A stretch of 64,000 nucleotides of DNA from Lingula anatina (taxonomy: Eukaryota > Animalia > Brachiopoda), in assembly GCA_051362555.1 (NCBI GenBank), contig CM120640.1, positions 15,376,001 to 15,440,000 on the forward strand, given 5' to 3'. Of the stretch, positions 28,914-40,800 are shown piece by piece. Below the pieces are notes generated by a model, which did not search any database, was not told where the DNA came from, and saw nothing but the letters and a program-made list of their open reading frames with translations. Made by a program: the position numbers and the translations under genes. Each line of letters opens with the position of its first letter. Position 1 is the stretch's first letter.

Positions 28914-30053
28914 CTTAAATCAGTGTTGTCTATCTGCACTAAAAAGAACTCATGCATTTTAGTTAAATTCTAAATTTCAGTTGTATCTGAAGTGATACAA
29001 AATGCTAAAAGGGATAACATCTCTTTAATTTGGTGAGAAAAGTGCCATAAAATGGATTTTCCTGGGGTAACAGCAATTTTCCTAATAACTTACCAATAGT
29101 CATAAAGAATCAGTTCCGACATTCAAAGTTAGTTGATTTTTTTAACAGCTTTTTTTCTTTTTTTGTAATAATTGTAATAACAGATTACTGGATAATTGCA
29201 ATAACCACAGTCTTGGTGGTAAAATGAAATTTATTATACTTTTTATGTATTGTTTACAATATTTATTGTGGAATTTTGAATATCTCATATGAAGAGTTGT
29301 TATCCCTAGAGCTGCATTGATATGGTGTATTGTCCTTAAGACTATCCAATGTAGAACGCATTTATTGTTTGCTTATCTATTAGCAACGGTCTTTCAATGA
29401 TTTCCCTTGTTGGATCATATATAATCTACTGCAAGGCATCTTTCATCACATGAAAATAAACTATCCATTCCATTTGATGAGGTTTATTAATTAAATGAAT
29501 TGTTTTACGATTTCATATATGGCTGAAGATCAACACACTTCTATTTTATTGTTAAAATCTTGTTATGTATTTTGGTTAACTTAACTTCTGCTAATTTAAG
29601 TACAGATTGAAGGTTACCATACATAAGGTCAAAATATGGGTCAAAAACTTTACCCAAAGCTGTAACTCATGAAAAGTAGGCAAGTAACAGGAAACAATTT
29701 TATTCAAAGAATACCAATCAGGAAAATGGTTGAAGAATGCTGATCGTTTATAAACGTACACGTAGCTTAAGTGCATTACCTTTTCTAAGACCGAACGTGA
29801 TCTTACTTCTCTCTGCAGTAGCAGCGGATGAAACTCAAGAGGTGCAGTGGAAAATATTCTCCTTCACTAGAAATACCCAGTTATGCCATGAAAAAAAGCT
29901 ACTTCCTGTTATTTTTTTTCAATATTCAATTAAATTTACCCGTTTGTGTAAAGAATATAATACAACAATGCGGAAAATCTCGTAATGCTGGCATTTGGTC
30001 GGGCTTGCATTGGAGCGACATCTACAGTCATCACAGAAAAAAATAATAAAAAG

Positions 30054-33000
30054 ATGCAGCAAATATTAACAATATCTTACGTTTTAACGTTTCTTAATGT
30101 TGTTGGGATAGGTAAGTTATTCATGGTTAGTCAAACTTTCACCTGGGTGAATATTTTACTTTACAGTAGCACAGTTTTACTGTAGGTTGTACTTTATTGT
30201 TTATTAGTACAAAAGCTAGAAGCCGAACCTTGAAAGTGACCAACAGTGTCCATCTCAGCTGTCCATCTAAATATATCTAATTGCATCTAAATATAATTGC
30301 ATTACCCGGTATACAGTAAGGGGACAGACACTGTTTTGTGCAGAGATGCGGTGATAGTCAGCTTCAAAACAGTATCTTGTCTAATCTTTTGATTCTCGTA
30401 TTGTGAGAACTGCGGCCAAAAACCCCCAGTTCCAAAAACTGGCAAAGGGAAACATTTTGTCATCTTGTCACATACAGTAGATTACCAGTCATACTGAAAT
30501 GTGCAATACAGCACAATACACTAGATAAAACAACTCTGGATGTCAATAAACACAAGAAAAGGTCATTCACAAGGAAATAGAGTAATATAAAAGTGAAATA
30601 TATTGCTAAAGGCAATTAATATCGTGAGTGTCGGGATTGTAGTGCATTTTTTGGGAGAGTGTAAAATCCACATGGCAGACCAGGGATCGAACCCAGGACC
30701 TCTTGCTAACAGGGCGAGTGCTCTACCGCCTGAGCTATCCGGCCGTTCTACCCTGCGCCTGGCACTACACTCCTCCCCTAAATGCCGAAAGGCGCGAGCC
30801 CTATCACGCACAACCGCTGCCACCATTGTAGCGCATTTTTTGGGAGAGTGTAAAATCCACATGCCAGACCAGGGATCGAACCCGAGACCTCTCGCTTACA
30901 GGGCGAGTGCTCTACAGCTTGAGCTATCCGTTCCACCCTGCACCTAGCACTACAGGGTGTCTGCCATTTTGCCAAGAAGAGCCACTAGTGTATAATGACC
31001 GTATGGGGGACAACAGCATGATAAACAAATCATACCAATTGCAGTTGGATCAACGACATTCTTTACCTATTATTCCTAGTAATATATTTCGCTCTTATAT
31101 AGCCCTGTTTTTTTTTACAAATGGCAGTTTCTTATGTTTTTTCTTGTGTATTGCATAAAGTATGATGCGTAGATTTTTATGTATTCTGTAATAATGTTTT
31201 ATGTATAGCTATGTTGCAGTGTTATATAAAATTACCCGTATGATTGTTATTAAAAGTAGATTTAGCTGTAGTCAGGATGCTGGGAAAAGATCCACTCTGA
31301 ATCAGCATTATTAGGACCACCAGCGTATACGCTGGCGGTACTCATGGTTTTAGTCCCGACCCGTCTCGTACAGCTCCGCCGGCTCCGCCGGCTCCGTTGG
31401 CTCCTGCGGCTCCGCCGGCTCCTGCGGCTCCGCAGTCGGGCGCCGGAAACAAGTCACCGTTACCACTTCTCCTCCTAGACTGCCAGGACCTGTGTCCCCA
31501 TCTCTTGGATTTAGGTCACATATAATCTCAACTTGAACACCCTGGTTTTTTTGTCTCTGTCGGTGCATTGGCCTGGGCGTGACACTTGTTGAAACGCACC
31601 CTTGTCAAAATTTTTGAAAATTCAAGGCTAAATATCTCCCAAACCAAAGGAATTATGGGAAAAATTACTACAGAAGTCTGACCAAAAGTCATATGTGGAG
31701 ATTTCAAATATGCCCTTTGATTTGACTTTTGACCTTTTTTTCAAGGTCAAACAAGCCAAAATTTTCTCAAAATGGGAATTTTCTGCAAAAAAATATTTGT
31801 TTATGCTATTTTTTGGAAAGTACACAGATCTAAGCTCTCCTGTTACAGTGAGGGGTTACAATTGGGGACTCCTTTCATCTTTGAGAGTTTGGGGTCAATC
31901 GGTGCATTTCCACGGGAGAAGCAGCCATTAGATACCGAAACTGAAAACTTGCCTTTATTCTGGAATGGTAAATGCCAGAGACCTTTTGTTCATCGCACTT
32001 TATAGAACTTGTCAAGTGCAATACTGGAGGTGGTGTCCATTTTTTTGTTTTCGATATGGTTTAGGCATTGCGCTATATCAAAAATTACAACATCGCAATA
32101 TTCAGTGGGGAAAATGTTAAATATTCCAAAACTGGCAGAGATACGCCTATAGTTACTATTGAACTTGAATAGGAAGTTATATACAAGTAATCTAACTGTG
32201 ACCTTTAAATTGACCTTTGACCTACTTTTCACCATGAACTGAACTTTGCAAATTTTCTAGCCCTTATATCTCCAAAACTGGCAGAGATACACCCTTAGTT
32301 ACTATTGAACTTTAATAGGAAGTTATATACTGGTAATCTAACTGTGACCTTTAAATTGACCTTTGACATACTTTTCACCATGAACTGAACTTTGCAAATT
32401 TTCCAGCCTTTATATCTCCAAAACTGGCAGAGATACACCCATAGTTACTGTTGAACTTGAATAGGAAGTCATATACTGGCATTCTTATTGTGACCTTGAA
32501 ATTGACCTTTGACCTACTTTTCAACATGAACTGAACTTTGCAAATTTTCTATCCCTTATATCTCGAAAACTGGCAGAGATAGGTCCAAAGTTACTATTGA
32601 ACTTGAATAGGAAGTCATACACTGGCAATCTTACTGTGACCTTGAAATTGACCTTTGACCTACTATTTATGATGAACTGCACTTTGCATGTTTTCTGGCC
32701 TTCATATCTCCAACATTGGCAAAGAAATGCCCATAGCTACTATTAAACTTATATAGGAAGTCATATACTGTGACCTTGAAATTGACCTTTGACCTACTTT
32801 TTTACCTCAAACTGAACTCTGCATATTTTCTTGCCCTTCATATCTTCAAAACTAGCAGAGATCTGCCCAGTGTTGTCCCTAGGTTTTCTCTTTTGTCAGC
32901 ATTCCGGTATATGCATTACTGATAATGCATTTCAAGGAAAACCAATAGGCCTATTGTCTAGAAAATCACAGGAGTGATCAGTGTTAGGAAAATACAGGTT

Positions 33001-36000
33001 AATTAGGACATCTCCTTGATTGGACCATTTTAACTGTTATGTTTTTTTGATTTTTTTTTTTCATATTTTGAGAACTCTTGTTTATTGCATTTTATAGAGC
33101 TTGTCAAGCACAAGACTGGTGGTGGTGTCCATTTTTTTTTTTTTTTTTTTTTTTTTGGGGGGGGGGTGGTGTCCATACGAATGCGCTTACTCCAGCTGGT
33201 GGTACAATATCCAGAGGCGGTATCGCCTCTCTGATCCTCTAGTTTAAAAATATGTTAATAAGATGAGGTTATGCAGAAAAAGGCCCTACTTTTCAGAAAA
33301 AAAGCCACCCCTACCATGTTTTTAGTGGCTATTGGCCTGACTTTATTGTGGTAGAATATAAATCAAAAGGTGGTTTTCAAGTTGTCAAACCACTCAAAAA
33401 TAAATTATATGCAAGGGAACTGCTTATATGTTATAACCTAATTCAAAAATTGGATATTTAATTTCATCTTGTTTATGTTACATTTGATTAAATTATTATC
33501 TAAATGCATGTGTTTTTGAAACATCTGCCATACTGGTATTCCTTCCTAATTTCTAACTAGACAACCGTTTCCAAGGCCTTGTTCAAGCCATGAGTGGCCG
33601 TCTGCCACAATCACATGTCTTAACCAATCAAAATGATGAAATACAACCTCTGTCCTAGATTGCAGTCTAGCTGTCAGTCTTATTGTACGTCTCATCTCTA
33701 GCTTCAGTGTGGTGAGTGTGTCACAGGTAGAACATGAGCCTATAAAAAAAGACGAACATTGTGGTTTTAACGTGGGCAAAACCTTTATGTTCTGAAAACC
33801 TTTTTACTTTCATTGGAGAGGTATTGTGTTCAGAATGGTAGTACATTACATGTAGTACATGTATACTTGAATGCCATGAGTAGTTTGGTAATACTTTTAA
33901 ACAGTCCATTTCATGTGAAATTTAAATTGACAATTTTGACCTTTTGAAAGAACATAAGAGTAGAAATCACGGGTGACCGTGTAGAGATCTGTTCAAAGCA
34001 AGGGCAGTTTTCTGCTCATATTTGATCAGACTTTAAATAGCTCCATTTACTGTCCCCATTTTTAGTCGGTATTCCCTTCTCATTCCAGTGCAAACACTGC
34101 TTTCATTCTTTTCCTTCTTAGTTGTAAAAACATATATAGACACCTAACATAGGGGAGCTCAGGTACTAATGCATTTGAATTCATGAAATAATTTTTTGTT
34201 TTTTCTTGTTTCAGTTCTAGGCATACCAGATGAAAAAAATGAGAAACCACAAGCAACCATATTGAGGCAATACACATATTTAGTACGTTGGAAATTGGGA
34301 GATCTTGAACAATATAAGGATTGTGAACTCAGTTATGGTGCAGACCTTAGCAATAATCTCACAGTTGTGCAGTATATAGTGCCTGCCAGCATTGTGCAAG
34401 GATATGAACTAAATAATTTAAGTGCTCATGCCAAGTATACTGTGAGAATTGTATGTTATAGAAATAATGGGTTGTCTCCAATCAATAGCACAGTGGATTT
34501 TATTACAAGTAAGTACTTAATGATAAGTATTGTTTTACACTTAAATTACAAGTCACAGAAGGTACTGTGAAAGTCTTTTGATTTTCTAACAGACATGTTT
34601 TCAAGTTCGTGTTCAAAGTTTTAAAAAACAGTTAAGTATTCTGAATTAATAATATATACCTGGACCCTTACTAGTAAGGTTGTTTTGTGTAGACTTCATG
34701 TTTATTTTCATGTCACTGTTTCATAAAAACCAAATGTAGTATTCCAACTGTTATTTCAGATGGCTCATTGGAAGATGTGACTACACAACAGACAGGAGTC
34801 AATACAGAGACAAAAAGATCTATAATTTCCACAGTCACAAGTACTGAATATCCCTCAGTTTTAAAGGAAAAGATATCTTATGGTATGCTAAACAAAGTAG
34901 ACATTACTCTTGGTGTTATCTTTGGTATTGTTGGGATAACAATAGTTGCTGGTGGAACGTTTTATATTTGGAGGAAGGTACGCAGATACAACAGGATACA
35001 GAGATTTGTTGGGTATGTATCTACATAAGTTTTAAATGTAAACTACACTTACTGTAGAAGGTTTATTTTTCTTCAAGAGCACCATATCTGAAATTGAGAT
35101 GTTACAAAGCAGAAAAAAAGGAGAATAAAAGCCCCATAAGTTGCCAAAAATCACTCACTAGAATTTGAGAAATTTTGTTGGACTGATTATATTAAACATG
35201 GTTTGGGGGACTGACAAAAATTATGTCTATTGGAAAGGAGACAGTGTGCATAAAAAACATCATTTTAGGTATATTCCACCTATTTGACCCCCCCCCCCCC
35301 ACACACACACACACCCAAGTCATTTTATGTCCTGTAAAGCTTTTTATATTTCCCAATTCTGACTCTTAAGAAGAATCTTTTAAATAAAAGTTTATCTGAA
35401 GTGTACCTAGTGTTGTTATTATCTTCTTAGCCTCCTCAGTTACATGTAGCCATTTCCAGCTCACCACATCTGTATAATTCCTGTCACCCAGGGCTGCTAT
35501 ACAAAATCAGGCCTACCCAACTACCAGACTCCGCACCTACGGATCCAGAATAAACCGGTATATCAGACCACACTACCCATTTTCAAGGTGTGTCAGATCG
35601 CATTACAGAGTATCAGCCACCACACCGATTTTGCCTGGTGTGCGATGTGATAGCGATGATCCTAAGCTGGGTTGGAAAGTAAGGCATCTCATCTAGATTC
35701 ATGCGCTGCTGCAATTTTTCCTGTTGAACAGTGTTTATGCTAAAAATCTGACAATACCGCAATTTTTTAACATAAAATTTAGGTTCGAACATAGCCAATG
35801 ATGTTTTGTAAATAAGAACTTGCAAACTTATATATTAATTTAGAAAAGTAGACCTAATTTTGATAGCAGAAGCATATTCTGTCGGGGGTTAAATATAGTT
35901 TTCATGGCTAGCGGGATGGACTAGATTGACGGAGCAAGCATGCTGTATGATGAGAGTTTTCTACTGGTGCTACAAGATGAAGGTAATTTACCATTTCAAT

Positions 36001-37806
36001 AATAGTTTTTTCACCGACTACCGTCTGTCGCCATGTTGTTGTAGTCATACAACTCCTACTTGACAAAAACGAGGTGCGATACCAGGATGACGGGTAGGCC
36101 TACAAAATTTGTGATGGGATATGATACTCTGCAATGCGATCTGACACACACCTTGAAAACGGGTAGTGTGGTCTGATATACCGGTTTATTCTGGATCCGT
36201 AGGTGCCGAGTCTGGTAGTTGGGTAGGCCTGAAAATGTCCCGCCATTTTCTTGTGGGATAACAAGGCAATGCTTGTGACAGCAGATGTTATTCGTTTTGA
36301 CTGGCCAGCCATTTAAAACTGAAGTATTAAATAAAAAATGGAATAAAACATCAAATCCAAGAGCAGGGATGGGTCAAGCAATAGTTTATGAGACTCGAAG
36401 TAGAGAACAATTGCTTTTTTCCTCATGAAAATTCATTTTGGCGGGCACTTTTTCCCACTTACTTCACCAATGCCCCAAAAATTAAGATTTGCTCAATTTA
36501 AGGGTCAGTCAGGCTCATTGTGTTACAAACTTTCCAAGTTTGTCTTGTCCAAGGTGAACTTTGTCATCGGTTTTCAAGTATTGAAAACATAATCCAAGTA
36601 CGTTTTATTAATTTTTTTTTAAATATTTTGTATCAGTGAGTCAGAACTTTTGAATGCTCGTATTTGTGGTTAAGAGAAGATGAGAGGTAAATGCAGTTGA
36701 AACAACTTCTTGGCAATCCTTAGGTTGCCATACAATAGAATTTTCAGGGAGAAGGATTGAAAATGTCAACCACATTGTGTGTGAAGTTGAAGTTCATTGG
36801 AAACGGTCTCAGCTGTACGTGGCGGTGCAAGTGATTTTTTTCCTGTTATTGTTAGTATTGTTTTGTCAAGGACTGCCTGGAATTCTGTGCTTGTGTCAGA
36901 ACTGTGACATTTGAATGTTTGTGCTGAAGATTTTAATAGTTGCTTTTCCATGTACGATTTAGTTGCAGTTTTCTTTGAAAACCAATTATTTCTACGTGCA
37001 AATGAAATCTATCTATACACTCTTTATATGAATGATTCTTCTCAATATGAATGTTTGTGTACCAGTAAAATGTTCATATCTTAAATATCAAATATATCAA
37101 ATTTCTTCAGTAGATTTGTAACTAAAGAGACCTTATAGTAATGCTTTTTTTAACTTTCTGAACTCATGAAATAGGTTTTTATATATGTAAAGACAATTTT
37201 TTAAAAATGAATTCTATTACTGGACTAACATTGCTCTATTTGATGAAATTGTGTCTCCCTCTCGGGGACTTCAGCTGGTCTACTGAGAATACAGGTGAAC
37301 TATTCTCAGTCCGGTTATGTATTTCACAAACTGTAGACAAATGTTAGTCTAGTATTGAATTTAAAAAATTTCTTTATGTAAAAAAGACTGGATGACTAGT
37401 ATACATGGTATTTATGTATTTACTTTTTTTCATAATTCTCATATTTATAATAAAGACAGGGCAATTTATGTTGTTCAGTGCCATTGTGTGTTTGCATGCT
37501 GCAAATGTTTTCTAAATTGATTGAAATTATTTGGAAAAAAATGCAATTTTTTTTTCATGGAAATATTCTAATTGATCCGACAATATTAAATTACTATAAA
37601 TCACATTGGAGTATAATATAGGATTTGGATATTTTATAGAATTCAGTTCATTCTTACTATGCTCATCTCAGAATAAAATTTAATCGACATTGTGGGTGAT
37701 TTTATCACTAAATTTCAGAAACCGTACGTCAGACAGTAATCCTTTCCAAAGTTTACGCCAGGAGGAAGAAGAAGAAGACACATGGAGTGGGACATTGATG
37801 ACCTGA
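30054..37806 (+). CDS. Uncharacterised type I membrane protein: signal peptide, FN3-like domain, Ser/Thr stalk, TM helix, short cytoplasmic tail
   Basis: Exons 30054-30111 (signal), 34215-34508 (YLVRWK...YELNNLSAHAKYTVRIVCY, FN3-like), 34760-35012 (stalk plus TM ITLGVIFGIVGITIVAGGTFYIW-RKVRR), and a probable last exon 37719-37806 (NRTSDSNPFQSLRQEEEEEDTWSGTLMT*). Phases 1/1/2 are compatible; the last exon is the least certain. Confidence 0.75.
30638..30954 (-). mobile_element. TRIM (miniature LTR retrotransposon) with tRNA-derived LTRs, Helenus-like
   Basis: Two direct repeats, 30638-30769 and 30827-30954, each bounded TGTAG...CTACA. PBS TGGTGGCAGCGGT (30825-30813) lies 1 nt after the 5' LTR and PPT AGGGGAGGAG (30779-30770) abuts the 3' LTR. 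Each LTR contains A box TAGCTCA and B box GGTTCGATCC. Confidence 0.88.
31308..33245 (+). mobile_element. Helentron-associated (HINE-like) element, family B, with an internal satellite-like array
   Basis: 5' subterminal repeat plus short inverted repeat (GGACCACCAGCG...CGCTGGCGGT). 9-bp GGCTCCGCC microsatellite at ~31371-31434. 3' subTIR GCTGGTGGT, hairpin CAGAGGCGGTATCGCCTCTCTG, end CTAGTTT. Confidence 0.8.
32125..32870 (+). repeat. Tandem array of a 146-bp unit, about 5 copies
   Basis: ACTGGCAGAGAT anchor at 32131, 32277, 32423, 32569, 32715 (period 146) and 32851 (shortened unit). Confidence 0.95.
35508..36231. mobile_element. Non-autonomous DNA transposon, 724 bp, with ~106-bp TIRs
   Basis: CAGGCCTACCCAACTACCAGAC... 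/ ...GTCTGGTAGTTGGGTAGGCCTG. 5-bp TSD AAAAT at 35503-35507 and 36232-36236. Confidence 0.9.
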
Positions 37807-40800
37807 AGTATTAACAGGACATTGGTATGGATGTCACACTCTGTCTATCAGTATGGCCAACCACAGCAATGAATATGAAGCCACTGGTTGCCACAGAACC
37901 TCAGCTGATTCCAAAGAAGTAAAAAGTTTCTCAGTCTGCTGGGTAGTATTTTATCTGAAGTAACCAGAATGACTACACATAAGAGGTGAACAATTTCAGC
38001 ACTGGCTTTAAATGATAATGGGAAAAAAACTGTTGCCATGGCAGAAGACCTCGTGGTAGTTTGGATGCCTAAGTGCTGGTAATTGATGAAAATATTGATG
38101 TACCTTCAACCCATTAAAAAATCTGCTCTTGTGAAAATGTTAAAATTAACATATTTAAGTACATGGTAATATTATATGTAAACCAGTTATGACATATAAT
38201 CCATTATGCAAAAAGGGATTATGCACTATTATAACTGAATAATGCACATATTCATTTGCAGCTGTTATCATGTTCGCTGCAATGAGTGGGTTCTGCAGTA
38301 GTCATCTCTGTGTCACAAAAGAATGTTATGTGGCAAGTGAGATGTCTTTTTTATGCACAGACGTGGTGGTTTGTGTGTATATTAACATAGCCTGTGTATT
38401 TGTCTGCAACACCAAGATAGGACATGCACATCTCCTGTTACCTCAATAATGGAAAGCAATATTGCTATTTTGCTTCAAATTCTCTGTGCTTATTCACTGG
38501 CGTTGGCATTGAAATGAAGGTTTAGAGTGAAAATCGTGACCTGATTATTCTTTGTATTTTTTCTATAACATTTTATAAGTACAATAATTTTGATCTCATG
38601 GACACTGTATTATCTAGATTGCCTGTCTGATTTAACTGAAACCTGCTAGGAATAACCATGGACCTGAAATGATGGCCAATTTTAAAAATAGGTGTAATCT
38701 GCTTATTATTTTTTATTCATTATTATTTTTGGTGATTTTGACAAAAGACAATTGGACCATTGGCTGTCCTGTCCTGATTACAGCTACAGTTATTTTTAAA
38801 AAGGAATGTTTTTTCCTAATATTTAAAATGAGATATGTTGTCTGTACATTTGTCAGCCTTACTTGGCTTGTTTCATACTTAGTACTGGTACATTAAAAAG
38901 ATGGGTGCCATAATCAGGGTATTCAGCATGATATTGCTATAAATTACTTTCTTTTATAACACGCAAGCTCCTCACAAAATTCACTAGAATTTTTTGTAAA
39001 AAGGATCAGTGGATCATGTCCATTTATACAGCACCTGCAATATGATCCTTTACTCTCCAGCTTCCTGCAAATATTTTGCATTCAGGCTACACAAAATTTA
39101 AGGGGCTTTATAAACCGATTTGGTATAATTTTATATATCTGTTGGAATTTAATCGTTGCAAAATGATGTATGAACTTAACAGACAAAATGGTGTGAAAAA
39201 TGAAGACAGAAATATTGAACCTGTCGGTATATTTAATGTTTTCACAAATGTCACTGTGATTAAAAGGAAGATCATTAATGGTCTGACTTAAAATGACCTC
39301 CGACCTTAACCAGGAACAATGGCCTGGTGAGTTCGTGGTACCCACCGATCATTTTCTTGAATCTTAAAATGATCTTTTTTTTGGTTGAAAACCCAAGGTG
39401 AAATACACATGGTGTGTTATCATATCTTATGAGATTTCAAAAACAAACATACAAACAAAAAACCAACAAGTCAGCTGGTCTGAAATACAGGGTAGTAAGT
39501 GGTCTGCTGCCGTCTATGTAAAACGAGATTTTAAATCTTGAGACTAATTTCCAAAGATGTACCTTGACATGTCTGAACAATATGAATGTATTAGAAAATT
39601 TAATATGAATAAACATGCCATCTGTTTATTGGAAGTCGCTATTATGTAAGCATATTGGGGAACGTGTTATGTATTTGTCGTGACTACATGTAATGTATTG
39701 ATGTTATTTCACCAGTTAAACTAGTGAGGAGCAAAGAATACTCGCGGATGTCTTTAAAGTAAGACAATCTTTTTGTACAACAGATTTATTAAAAGATTTA
39801 ACAAATAACATATCGTATGTGGTTCATTTACCTTGGTTGTATATCACGATCATGTATTTCCATGCAAATTGGAGCAATATCAGACTAGGATAAATTTGAG
39901 GTTGCTCATTAAACTCAAATAAACGGCATATACTCATGTAACGGTAACTTTAATTATGGGTTTTTTTATTTAACGGTAGCAGTATTAAGTGTAAGTGCAT
40001 TCAGTGCTATGATAAGTCTCTCTTCATGTCAATTTCATAGTGTCCAGAATTAATGTGTATATATATGAATTACCGTGAATATGTTTTACTCTTGGGTAAG
40101 CATAAAGGAATCAGTTGCTGCTGTTGGGCACTTCTAAAGTTTAACAGAAGAGTGAGTGGGCAACAATCTTTACAGAATGTTGGGAAACAGCCTTCCTGTT
40201 TAACCAAAAAGAAATAAATGCATCATCTTGAAAACGTTTCATATTGTTTTTGTTTTTCTTCTCTCCAATCGCACCTGTGACCTCAAGATTTCCATTAATA
40301 CCTTCTTTTTTTTTTTTTTGATACGTCTAATGTTTGGTACTGTGTCGTGTAAACATTTTGTGTAAACTTCAAATAGTTTTAAATGTCGAAACCGTTAGAT
40401 TATACATATTTCCCTTTTTTATACGAAATATAAAGCATTCCCAGTTCAATTTTTTGTTAATAAATAATGCAAATTTCAGTACATAGTTTAAATTACTATT
40501 AAAAGCTTTAACCTTTTGTTTACATACAGTCAGTTTGTTGTTGAACTTTAAACTTCTAGTTGGAATGGCTTGTAAGGAGTAAACAGTTTACTAAACAGGG
40601 GCTTGCAGTGTTTAATGGAGGGGTTGGCGGTCAACTGTTAAGTTCGTCCACTTTTCCCTGCCTGTCAATCGCGTTTGCAGTGGACGCGTTCAGTTCGTCC
40701 ATTTTTGAGAAGGTATAAATACAGCTGCTCTGCGCTGAGTATGCCAGTATATCAGTGTAGCACTAGCAGTAGAAAGTAAAGTATAGCATAGCTGGCGCCA

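Noticed and set aside
30674-30745. Functional tRNA gene(s)
   Set aside because: Acceptor and anticodon stems are imperfect, and both copies lie inside TG...CA repeats with a PBS and PPT. They are better explained as TRIM LTRs.
31350-31568. EPQEPAEP repeat protein ORF
   Set aside because: Translation of the 9-bp microsatellite inside the HINE-like element.
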